Shown piece after piece: positions 51,314 to 64,000 of a stretch of 64,000 nucleotides of DNA. Under the pieces are notes generated by a model. The model saw only the letters and a list, made by a program, of their open reading frames with translations, was not told the DNA's origin and searched no databases. Made by a program: the position numbers and the translations under genes. This DNA comes from Octopus vulgaris. Lineage: Eukaryota. The stretch lies in NCBI GenBank assembly GCA_951406725.2, contig OX597842.1:8060001-8124000 (forward strand). Reading direction: 5' to 3'. The stretch's first letter is position 1; every line of letters starts with the position of its first letter.

Positions 51314-51887
51314 GGTGCAGGCGTGGCTGCATGGTAAGAAAGCTTGCTTCCCCACCATGTGGTTCTGGGTTCAGTCCCACAGAGTGGCACCTTGGGCACG
51401 CGTGTTCTACTATAGCCTAGGGCCAACCAAGGCCTTGCGAGTGGATTTGGTAGACGGAAACTGAAAGAAGCCAGTCATATATATATGTGTGTGTGTGTGT
51501 GTGTGTCCCTGCCATCACTTGACAACTGATGCTGGTGTGTTTAGCAGTTCAGCAAAATAGACCGATAGAATAAGTACTAGGCTTACAAAGAATAAGTCCT
51601 GGGGTCAATCTCTTCGATTATAAACACTTTAAGGTGGTACTCCAGTATGGCCACAGTCAAATGACTGAAACAAGTAAAATACAAGAATATATATATATAT
51701 ATATATATAAGCATTCACCATGTTTTGACTAAGGAAAATAGTCTAAAGGCTTAAAGATTACACTTGTTACAAATATTATTTACAGTATTTATTTCAGTCG
51801 TCACCATTCCTTCATTTAATGTAGAATATACACCTATATATATATATATACACACACACCCATATATATATACATAGATACACACCC

Positions 51888-51921
<34 letters not shown>

Positions 51922-51923
51922 CC

Positions 51924-51955
<32 letters not shown>

Positions 51956-52064
51956 CCATATATATATATACACACACACACCACACCCATATATATATAT
52001 ACACACACACCCACACCCATATATATATATATATATCTAGATATATACAGACACACCCACACCC

Positions 52065-52114
<50 letters not shown>

Positions 52115-52545
52115 GCACACCCATATAAACAGATATACATACACACCCATATAAATATATACATACAGACCCATATAAATATATACAAACATACCTATAT
52201 AAATGGATATATACATGCAGACCCATATACATATATATATACATACATATACACATACACACACATATATATATATATATATACACACACACATGTATAA
52301 ATTATTGAAACCTAGCCACAGCTGCATTATTTTTTTGTAGGACAAAAGATAATGTGGAGACTTTCTCTTTTGATGCATCACAAGATCAATATCAACAGCA
52401 TTACTCCATCCCCGACCACCACTACAGGGGAAAAACCTCTGGCTTTGCACCAAAGACAAACGGCAAATAAATAACATCGAATAAATAAGTATAAAGATTT
52501 GGCACAACCACCAGATTAAAACCTGTCTTGAGTGTAAAGGGCTTA

Positions 52546-53450
52546 TTACTTAAGCCCTTCACACTCCATGAAGTATAGTCTATCCATGGCCATCTCCACT
52601 GTTCTTAATTCTGGGCTGTCTTTTCTGCTTCTCTCCGGTTTGATCCTTGCTTTTTCAAGTAGATACACTGCCTCAGTAACCTGCCCTCAGCTACTTTAGG
52701 GTGTCCTTTTCTTCTACCTCCCTTATAGGTTCCAAGTCAGGGCCTGATATGTAACCCTGGATGTTGGTCTCATTTCAGATTTTGCTACACTCTTTTACTT
52801 GTTTCAGTCATTTGCCTACGGCCATGCTGGAGCACAACCTTTAGTCGAGCAAATCGACCCTGGGACTTATTCTTTTATAAGCCCAGTACTTATTCTATCA
52901 GTCTCTTTTGCCGAACCGTTAAGTGACGGGGACATAAACACACCAGCATCGGTTGTCAAGTGATGTTGGAGGTACAATCACGGACACACAAACACACATA
53001 TATATATATGTACATATATACGACGGGCTTCTTTCAGTTTCCGTCTACCAAATCCACTCACAAGGTTTTGGTCGGTCCGAAGCTAAAGTAGAAGACATTT
53101 GCCTAAGGTGCCACATGGTGGGACTGAACCTGGAACCATCAGGTTGAAAAGTAAGCTTCTTACCACACAGCCATGCCTGTTGGTTTCCTTTCAGATTTTG
53201 TTGAAGGCCTACTCTCAAACCTTGGTTTTAAAGGGTCAATAATTCTTCTGTAACTTTGCTTTATTCTCGGTAGGGGCGTCGGCCCTATGCAAACCTATTT
53301 TTACCTCTGAGAAGAGGTGATTTATAATAGTGCAACCTTTATCCTTTAACCTGTTCAGCATGGGTCATCCTACTAGGAGCTTGTGCTCTGCTAGTTTAGT
53401 CCTCAAGACCATTGAGGCACACAAACCACCACACTACGATAAGGACTAGA
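52546..53450 (-). mobile_element. Bipartite internally deleted RTE (5'UTR plus 3' end), interrupted by a SINE at 52790-53180
   Basis: Minus strand ccttatcgtagtgtggtggtttgtgtgcctcaatg...gtaggatgacccatgc resembles RTE/BovB 5' ends; QALTWNL...AEKTAQN.EQWR resembles the RTE C-terminus. Confidence 0.6.
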
Positions 53451-53615
53451 CCTTCCAGTGGCAGATGTGGCTGTGTGGTAAGAAGTTTGCTTCCCAACCA
53501 CATGGTTCAGTGTTCAATCCCACTGTGTGGCACCTTGGGCCAGTGTCTTACTATAGCTTTGAACTGACTAAAGCCTTGTGAATGGATTTGGTAGACAGAA
53601 ATTGAAAGAAACCTA

Positions 53616-53666
<51 letters not shown>

Positions 53667-56301
53667 CATAGGCACAGGAGTGGCTGTGTGGTAAGTAGCT
53701 TGCTAACCAACCACATGGGTTCAGTCCCACTGTGTGGCATCTTGGGCAAGTGTCTTCTACTATAGCCTCGGGCCAACCAAACCCTTGTCAGTGGATTTGG
53801 TAGATGGAAACTGAAAGAAGCCTGTCGTATATATGTATATGTGTGTGTGTGTGTATATGTTTGTGTTTGTCCCCCTAGCATTGCTTGACAACCAATGCTG
53901 GTGTGTTTATGTCCCCGTCACTTAGCGGTTCAGCAAAAGAGACCGACAGAATAAGTACTGGGCTTACAAAGAATAAGTCCTGGGGTCGATTTGCTCGACT
54001 AAAGGCGGTGCGCTCCAGCATGGCCGCAGTGAAATGACTGAAAGAAGTAAAAGAGAGAGAGTACATATATGATCATCACTTAATATTTGTTGCCCATGCT
54101 GGCATGGGTTGGGCGGTTTGACCAGAGCAGGCAAACTGTAGACCTGCACCAGACTCCAGTCTGATTTGGTATGGTTTCTATGGCTGGATGCCCTTCCTAA
54201 CACCAGCCACTTAACAGAGTGTACTGGGTGCCTTTTTACGTGACACCAGCACCAGTGCTTTTTTTTATTTTTACATGGAACCAGCATCAGAGCTTTTTGA
54301 CATGGCACCAGCACCCACCCCAATGCTTTTTACATGGTATTTTGGATTTAAGATCTCAATTCTGTTGTGGTGGATAGGTCTTCTTGAGTACAGCAAAGTA
54401 CCACATTTCTCAGTCCTTTGTCATCTTTTGCACAAGGTTCCGTGTTTTGAGATCAGCCTCCAAAACTTCATCCCATGTCTTCCAGGGTCTTCTTCTTTCA
54501 ATGCTCAGATAAAATATCAGGGAGTATTCAAACTGTTATTTTTCATTCAGTGTTCAATTCCTGGTGAAACAACATTTATCTTCCACCTCTCCAAAAATGG
54601 TGGAAAGTAGGGATTGTGATGGAGGCAGAGTAATGAAAAGAAATAAACAACCAGTTCACTTTGGAACCAAGAGGTTGTTGGTTCAATCATCGAACTATGC
54701 AGTACTTAGCCAAGCTACATGGCCATGGTGTTGACCAATGCATCCATTCCAACCAACCATTTTCTGTACCCACTGTTCCTGAGAGGGTCAAGGTGGGAAC
54801 AGCCTTTGGGCAAGTTTTACATAAGGTCCTATTAGAAGCAACCATCAGTATACTTTCTGGTCAGTTTCCCAAACATGATCAAATGAGACGAGGGATATCC
54901 AAATCATTTCATTCTTAGACTAATTCTAGGTCTTCTGCCAGTTTGGTTTGGCTTGAAGAATCCATCTCGTGATTCTCTTTCTATGACAATCTAATCACAC
55001 ATCTGTCGTAGGACAGAACCCAGAATGATGCTGGTGACTGTGAAACCATTTCCTAAACCACACAGCTATACTCATGCCGATGTGTGTATGTAAGTGTCAT
55101 CATCATCATCGTTTAACGTCCATTCTCCATGCTAGCATGGGTTGGACGGTTCGACCGGGGATCTGGGAAACCAGAAGGCTGCACCAGGCTCCATTTTGAT
55201 CTGGCAGTGTTTCTACGGCTGGATGCCCTTCCTAACGCCAACCACTTTGTGAGTGTAGTGGGTGCTTTTTACATGCCACCGGCACAGGTGCCAGGCGAGG
55301 CCTGGCAACGGCCACGATCGGATTGGTGCATTTTACGTGCCACCGGCATGGAAGTCAGTCAAAGCGGTGCTGGCGTCGGCCACGATTCGGATGGTGCTTT
55401 CTACGTGCCACCAGCAGAGGGATCACAACTGCAGTTTCCATTGATTTTGATGGTGTACTTGACTCAATAGGTCTCCTCAAGCACAGGGTTGAAATAGTGT
55501 TTCTTCACTTGCCACCTGTACAGGAGTCAGTCCAGCGGCGGTCCTGGCAACTGCCGGATGCCAGTCATAGGATTGGTTCAATTTCAATTTCACTTGCCCC
55601 AACAAGTCTTCGCAAGCAGACCTGTTGTGTATTCATTTATCTTACATCTGTTTTTCTATGCTGGCAAGGGTTGGACGGATACATATTTGAAATGGTATTT
55701 TTTAACCAGACATGCTCTTTCTGTTACCAACCCTTACCTGTGTAAAGGATTTATTATTATTATCATTCTACACTTCTGTTTCGGGAGTTACTCCATGCTT
55801 TTGCCAGTGCATCCAGTTCACTCTATAAAGTGGTTGGCGTTAGGAAGGGCATCCAGCCGTAAAAACTCATGCCAAAACAGTGAAGCCCAGTGCAGTCTTC
55901 TTGCTAGCTAGCTCCAGTGAAACCGTTCAACCCATGCTGGCGTGGGTTAAATGATGATGATCTGTGAGCAGGAAGAGTTACAGGACATGTTGTTTACAGG
56001 GAATGTAAACATAACATCACCGTTTTGCATAGATGGTGCATTGCGACGATGCAGAATGTCAACACTCGAGAACACAGACACACAACCAAAAACAAACACA
56101 TTTACCCATGTAAATATACAATCAGAGCCATGTTTACACACAGGAGTGGCTGTGTGGTAGGTAGCTTGTTTACGAACCACATGGTTCCAGGTTCAGTCCC
56201 ACAGCGTGGAACCTTGGGCAAGTGTCTTCTGCAATAGCCTCGGACCGACCAATGCCTTGTGAGTGGATTTGGTAGACGGAAACTGAAAGAAGCCCGTCGT
56301 A

Positions 56302-56360
<59 letters not shown>

Positions 56361-56772
56361 ATGTGTTTGTGTGTCTGTGTTTGTCCCCCTAGCATTGCTT
56401 GACAACCGATGCTGGTGTTTATGTCCCCGTTACTTGGCGGGTTCGGCAAAAGAGACCGATAGAATAAGTACTGAGCTTACAAAAAGAATAAGTCCCGGGG
56501 TCGAGTTGCTCGATTAAAGGCGGTGCTCCAGCATGGCCGCGGTCAGATGACTGAAACAAGTAAAAGAGTAAAGAGTATGATCTCAAACACACAACCATAA
56601 ACACATTCTGAGAGAGAGACATTTAAACACAGAGGTACATTTACAGACACACATCCAAAAGGAAACACATTTACACACGTTAATACGCAAAGAGCCAGGT
56701 GTAACAAAGAAACATCATTGCAAATACAGACACATTCACAAACACAGGTACACATAAGCGCACAATCTTCAT

Positions 56773-57440
56773 GGCATTCTTTCGATATAACTCGACAAAA
56801 TCAAAACATTTCACTTTGGGTATTTCCGTGGGTTGTGGAGTATAGATAAAACGAAATTATATCTAGCAATGTCACATTTTAAACTTGAAGAAAAATAAAT
56901 GTCTTGCATCAGGAGTGGCTGTGTGGTAGGTAGCTTGTTTACTAAACACATGGTTCCGGGTTCAGTCCCACTGCGTGGCACCTTGAGCAAGTGTCTTCTA
57001 CTATAGCCTCGGGCTGACCAAAGCCTTGTGAGTGGATTTGATAGGCAGAAACTGAAAGAAGCCCGTCGTATATATGTATATGTATATATATATATGTGTG
57101 TGCATGATGTTTGTGTGTCTGTGTTTGTCTCCCTAGCATTGCTGGTGTGTTTATGTCCCCGTCACTTAGCAGTTCGGCAAACAAGACCAATAGAATAAGT
57201 ACTGGGCTTACAAAGAATAAGTCCCGGGGTCGATTTGCTCGACTAAAGGCGGTGCTCCAGCATGGCCGCAGTCAAATGACCGAAACAAGTAAAAGAGTAA
57301 AGAGAGAGTTACCTGTTCCATGTGTGTATGTAAAATCCGCAAATTTCCAAGCAGAAAACAGAATCGAACTGTCATTTGCTTCCACGGAAATACCCGAAGG
57401 GAAGTGTTTTGATTTTGTCGAGTTATATCGAAAGAATGCC
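56773..57440. mobile_element. Merlin-like (or MuDR-like) MITE with nested SINE
   Basis: 8-bp TSD atcttcat at 56765-56772 and 57441-57448; ~58-bp TIR ggcattctttcgatataactcgacaaaatcaaaaca; GG..CC termini. Confidence 0.85.
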
Positions 57441-58080
57441 ATCTTCATAATCACATACACATACGTGAATACACGATTGTATTTACACACACAAATAAAA
57501 TAAACGCAGAATTAGTCACATTTTGAACATGGGTACGTGTTCACAAACAGAATACAACCCTCAACAAAAGGACATGTTCACATGTACATACAGAGGCATT
57601 TACAGACATGATCACTGATATTTGCACACACATATATTTACACAGAGATTACAATCACACACAGACAATCACGCAGGCGTGGTTGCGCTGTAAGAAGCTT
57701 ACTTCCCAACAACATGGTTCCGGGTTCAGTCCAACTGCGTGGCACCTTGGGCAAGTGTCTTCTACTATAGCCTCGGGCCGACCAAAGCCTTGTGAGTGGA
57801 TTTGGTAGACGGAAATTGAATGAAGCCTCATCATATGTGTGTGTGTATGTATCTGTGTCTGTTCCCACCACCGCTTGACAACCGGTGTTGGTGTGATTAT
57901 ATCCCCATTACTTAGCAATTCGGTAAAAGAGACCGATAGACTAAATACCAAACAGGAAAAAGTACTGGGGTCAATTTATTCGACTAAAATTCTTCAAGGT
58001 AGTGCTACAGTATGGTCACAGTCTAATGACTGAATCAAGTAAAAGATATAAAAGTCACACACACACCACAAGGCAGAATA

Positions 58081-58725
58081 CAGTAACACCTCACTTTACG
58101 AAAATTCGCTTTACGAGTTATATTTTTCAAGCATAAGATTCAAACTTGGAACAAAGTACAAAAGTGTCTGCTTGTTACCGAGAAATAGAGAGTGATAAAA
58201 AGAAAAAGCTTCTTCTAAGCAAACAACTCTAGACTTTAAGTCACAGGAGTGGCTGTCTTGTAAGTAGCTTGTTTACCAACCACATAGTTCCGGGTTCAGT
58301 CCCACTGCGTGGCACCTTAGGCAAGTGTCTTCTACTATAGCCTCAGGCTGACCAAAGCCTTGTGAGTGAATTTGGTAGAGGGAAACTGAAAGAAGCCCGT
58401 CGTATATATGTATATATATATATATATGTAAGTGTGTGTATATGTTTGTGTGTCTGTTTGTTCCCCTAGCATTGCTTGACAACAGATGCTGGTGTGTTTA
58501 CGTCCCCGTTACTTAGCGGTTCGGCAAAAGAGACCGATAGAATAAGTACTGGGCTTACAAAAGAATAAGTCACGGGGTCGATTTACTCGACTAAAGGCGG
58601 TGCTCCAGCATGGCCGCAGTCAAATGACTGAAACAAGTAAAAGAGTAAACTATATTTTCTGGGAACGAATCACGGTTTATAACATTGCTTCTATGAGAAA
58701 TTATTGCTCTGCTTTTACGAGAGGC
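58081..58725. mobile_element. Partial pogo/Tigger-like non-autonomous element with nested SINE
   Basis: ta|cagtaacacctcactttacgaa left end, internal ggaacgaat...ttctatgagaa; no clear right TIR. Confidence 0.4.
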
Positions 58726-60467
58726 ATTTCTGTTATAGACAACGACAGGCGCAGGAGTGGCTGTGTGGTAAGTAGCATGGTTGTGGGTTCAGTCACACTG
58801 CGTGGCACCTTGGGCAAGTGTCTTCTACTTTAGCCTCGGGCCGACCAAGCCTTGTGAGTGGATTTGGTAGACGGAAACTGAAAGAAGCCCGTCGTATATA
58901 TGTATATATATATATATATGCGTGTTTGTGTGTCTGTGTTTGACAACCGATGCTGGTGTGTTTATGTCCCCGTTACTTAGCGGTTCAGCAAAAAGAGACC
59001 GATAGAATAAGTACTGGGCTTACAAAAGAATAAGTCCCGGGGCTGATTTGCTTGACTAAATAGGCGGTACTCCAGCATGGCCGCAGTCAAAAGAGAGATT
59101 CGTAGAAACAAACAAAAGACGGCTCTCGGTCGCAAAATGAAACCTAATACGAACGTTTAATACAAGCGTGACTAATACTTCCGCCCTCAACCACCACCAG
59201 TGACATAATTGAATACACACACACATACAATACATACATACGCATTATATACAAGTACGTATTTTAAACCGGTTTAGAAACTACAAAGAACATTGTCATA
59301 CAAAGGGGTGGCTGTGTGGTTCGGGGTTCAATCCCACAACGTGACACCGTGGGCAAGCGTGACCCATAGTATTGGGCCGACTAAACATGTAAGTAGATTT
59401 GGTAGATGGAAACTGAGAGAAGCCCGTCCTCTGTGTGTGTGTGTGTGTGAGCGATTGACCACCCACACCACCACAACTCCCCTATCGCTTGAAAACCGGT
59501 GTTGGTTCCTTTACGTCCCCATAAGCTAGCGGTTCGACAAACAATACCTGAAAAAGTAAGTACCAGGATGAAAAAAGAAACAAAACCTGGGGTCGATTCT
59601 TCCAAGCGGTGCCCCAGCCTGGCCACACAAACTGAAACCAGTAAAAGATATATATACGCTCACACACTCGAATACTCTCTCTTTTACTCTTTTAATTGTT
59701 TCAGTCATTTGACTGCGGCCATGCTGGAACACCGCCTTTTTAATCGAGCAACTCGACCGTGTGACTTATTCTTTTGTAAGCCCAGTACTTATTCTATCGG
59801 TCTATTTTGCCGAACCGCTAGATAACGGGGACATAAACACACCAGCATCGGTTGTCAAGTAATGCTAGGGGGACAAACACAAACACACTCACGCATATAA
59901 ATATATATATATATACGACGGGCTTCTTTCAGTTTCCGTCTACCAAATCCAGACACAAGGTTTTGGTCGGCCCGAGGCTATAGTAGAAGACAGTTGCCCA
60001 AGATGCCACGCAGTGGGACTGAACCCGGAACCATGTGGTTGGTTAGCAAGCTACTTACCACACAGCCACTCCTGCGCCTATTTATATATATATTTAACAT
60101 ATATACGACGGGCTTCTTTCAGTTTCCACCTGCCAAATCCACTCACAAGGCTTTGGTCGGCCCGAGGCTATAGTAGAAGACATTTGCCCAAGGTGCCACG
60201 CAGTGGGACTGAACCCGGAACCATGTGGTTGGTTAGCAAGCTACTTACCACACAGCCACTCCTGCGAATGTATATTTAAATGGACGTTTGGAGAAACGGT
60301 ACCCGTTAAAGTTATCAAACTGTTACCAAAATCAATACGTCCCGAACATGTTCAGGATAGCTCTGTCCTACTTATATTCTATCAGCTCACTGTTTTTATA
60401 TTAAAGTTTCTGTCGCTCCAAACTGCTTCAAGTACCTACATAGCAATCAATCAATCAACCCGTATGA

Positions 60468-60507
<40 letters not shown>

Positions 60508-60664
60508 ACGTATATATGTTCATATACATACATACACACACACAGAAAAAAATTTAAAGTGTTTTACAAGATTTTCTGCAACAATTTACAGACAGATGCA
60601 GTTCTAACATTTGTATATACACCGCTATATACATACATACATACATGCATACACAATACAAACA

Positions 60665-60985
60665 TATATACTTGCATATGATGAAATACATTTGTCCAAA
60701 CAGTTTAACACAGAAATATATACACCTGTATATATACATAGGCAGATCTGTTGTTATACACACTGATATATTTGTATAAAGCTTTATACCTTTGTACAGA
60801 TGTAGTTATATGTAATAAACATTTATATATTCAGCATGTGTGTGTGTGTATACACTCGCATTTGTATATGGTTTAATGCGTTTATACAGATATATAACAC
60901 ATTTATATACCCAGCTCACAGATAGATAGATAGATATACAAAAATGTATACACATTTTTATATAGATTTTAGTTGATACAGAAAG

Positions 60986-61016
<31 letters not shown>

Positions 61017-61230
61017 CACACACATATATACACACACACATATATATATACACACACACACACATATATATACATATATATATATACACACATACATATA
61101 TATACTTGCATATGATGAAATACATTTGTTCAAACAGTTTAACACAGAAATATATACACCTGTATATACATAGGCAGATCTGTTGTTATACACACTGACA
61201 TATTTGTATATAGCTTTATACTTTTGTACA
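60665..61230 (+). repeat. ~135-bp direct duplication among TA/CA microsatellites
   Basis: cttgcatatgatgaaatacatttg...gctttatac at 60671 and 61105. Confidence 0.85.
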
Positions 61231-61231
61231 A

Positions 61232-61281
<50 letters not shown>

Positions 61282-61310
61282 CAAACCACACTAACATATA
61301 CTCAGCTATG

Positions 61311-61366
<56 letters not shown>

Positions 61367-61706
61367 TACATACATACATACATACATACATACATACATA
61401 CACACACAGAGTATTCGCCAATGAGTCAGTTTTAAGTTGCGGTTGGTGCTGGCAAACAGCTACACTATAACTTTGTGATTATGTCCTTAGGGTGTGTTAA
61501 CACATTAGAATGTTCTGTGTAAATTAACAGCAATTAATGAGCTACTATATAATTACGAAACACTTCTATCATGAAACACCACACACACACGTACGCGCGC
61601 GCGTGTATTGTATTCTAAGAAACCAAGTCGGGAAAAAAATAGGCATTCGTATATTTGTCAATAGAATGGGTATATAAATGATAAAATCAGCCTGAAAGAC
61701 GGGCTG

Positions 61707-62046
61707 AGAGAGAGAGACAGACAGAGATATATAGACAGATAGAAAGATAGATAGACAGACAGAGATAGACAGACAGACAGAGAGATAGACAGACAGAGAG
61801 ATAGACAGACAGAGAGATAGACAGACAGAGAGATAGACAGACAGAGAGATAGACAGACAGAGAGATAGACAGAGAGATAGATAGACAGAGAGATAGATAG
61901 ACAGACAGACAGATAGACAGACAGACAGATAGATGGACAGATAGATAGATAGACAGACAGATAGATAGATGGACAGATAGATAGATAGACAGACAGATAG
62001 ATAGATGGACAGATAGATAGATAGACAGACAGATAGATAGATGGAC

Positions 62047-62077
<31 letters not shown>

Positions 62078-62128
62078 TAAATAGACAGATAGATAGACAT
62101 ACAAATAGATAGATAGATAGACATACAA

Positions 62129-62173
<45 letters not shown>

Positions 62174-62232
62174 CAGACAGACGGATATATAGATAGATAG
62201 ATAGATAGATAGATAGACAGACAGACGGATAT

Positions 62233-62269
<37 letters not shown>

Positions 62270-62500
62270 CAGACAGATAGATAAATAGACAGACAGAAAG
62301 ATAGACAGATAGATAAATAGATAGAGACAGACAGATAGACAGTTACCAGACAGACAGATGCTAGATAGACAGACATATATATGCTAGATAGATAAAAAGA
62401 CAGATAGTAGATGGATAGACAGAGATACTATACAGACAAACGGATAAATAGATACTAGATAGACATAGATAAACAGGCAGATACAGTGGTAGGCAGACAG
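61707..62500. repeat. (GATA/GACA)n microsatellite
   Basis: Direct inspection. Confidence 0.95.
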
Positions 62501-62942
62501 ATATAATATATGTATATACTATATATGCATATATATATATATATATATATATATACACCCACTGTGTGTACGGGTGGGTTTCTAAGCATATATGTTTTGT
62601 ATAATGAACATAATTAAAGGGTGCTTAACTCTACTTCCTAAAGTATTGGGAAATAATTTTTGTATATGCTTAGACCTTGTTCATACAAACAAGCATACAT
62701 ACATACATACACATATGTATGTATGTGAGTGTATATATATATGCATACATACATACGAAGCAATCGATTGTGTATGTGCATATATATTACATAGGGCTAT
62801 ATATATACAAAGCTAATGTATAGGTGTGTATACATATGTGTTTCTGTGGAGGCGTTTTTGTCCGTATCTATTTGTATAAGAATATAAACCATGTTTGAGG
62901 ACGTATACATCACTGCTAACAACACTAGGAAGCTACAGTTAC

Positions 62943-62997
<55 letters not shown>

Positions 62998-64000
62998 CAT
63001 ACATACACGTGCATATCTATTACATATACAAAGCAAACGTATATATGTAGGCACACGATATAAATATATATGTGTGGGTATATGCAGGCGTTTTTGTCCG
63101 TATCTGTATGTATGTGTTATGAGTAAATATATTTCAATGTGTATATATATTACTAACAACACCAGGAAAATAATTTTGTGTGTACGTATAATATACATAC
63201 AAACATTGTGTGTGTGTATATATACATACATATATATATACACACACACACACATATATATATACATATACACACACACATATATACATATACACACACA
63301 CATACATATACACACACACATACATATACATATACACACACATACATATATATACATATACACACACACATACATATATATACATATACACACACACATA
63401 CATATATATACATAGACACACACACATACATATATATACATAGACACACACACATATACATACATATATATATACACACACATATACATACATATATATA
63501 TACACACACATACGTGGAAAAAAATATATACACACATAAGGGAAAAATATTATTATTGTGTGTGTATATATACACACATACATAAGCGCATGTACACACA
63601 CATTTAGCTATATGCATAGCCATCGGATATCGATTAGTAACACACACATATATATATATACATACATACATATATATAAATATATATATATACCGCAATA
63701 TAAACAAAATTCTACACCTACCTGTCTTCATGAAATAGGGAATCTCAGGTGACAGATTAAAAACGGTCCTTTTTGTCACTATCAACACACGCATTTAAAT
63801 ATAAATATGTATGTATCAAGACAGTGTCAGTCACATACAGATATATACTTATATATATACATATGTATACATACGTGCATATATATAAATATATAGTATG
63901 TGTTTATGAATGTGTACCAGGATATGTCAATAATAAATAGTAATATATGTATTTAGATATATATAAATATATATATATATATAAACAGATTTTTATATAT

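Overview
This is repeat-saturated, AT-rich metazoan non-coding DNA, most likely intronic or intergenic. The SINE and LINE families and the (TA/CA/GATA)n load resemble an Octopus (coleoid cephalopod) genome; that assignment is from recall, not a search. I found no intact host protein-coding gene, and nearly all long ORFs in the track are microsatellite or SINE artefacts. The window holds 35+ copies of a tRNA-derived CORE-like SINE, about 12 copies of a second (Nin/Deu-like) SINE and a third SINE family. It also holds RTE and CR1 LINE remnants, Tc1, mariner, hAT, piggyBac-like, Merlin-like and Helitron remnants with readable TIRs/TSDs, and several satellites. The most interesting signal is a set of self-cleaving-ribozyme-like motifs. 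(i) A spacer-less palindromic Penelope-like element (34270-36280) carries two divergent minimal hammerhead ribozymes: the left has an intact catalytic core, and the right is split by an RTE LINE inserted in its stem II. (ii) Two further hammerhead-bearing families sit in (TA)n tracts. (iii) Degenerate HDV-like folds lie at RTE 5'-end remnants. Also notable are a PHD-type finger inside the RTE reverse transcriptase, piggyBac-like MITE multimers with short spacers, and a well-formed non-coding exon candidate on the minus strand (39309-39406).
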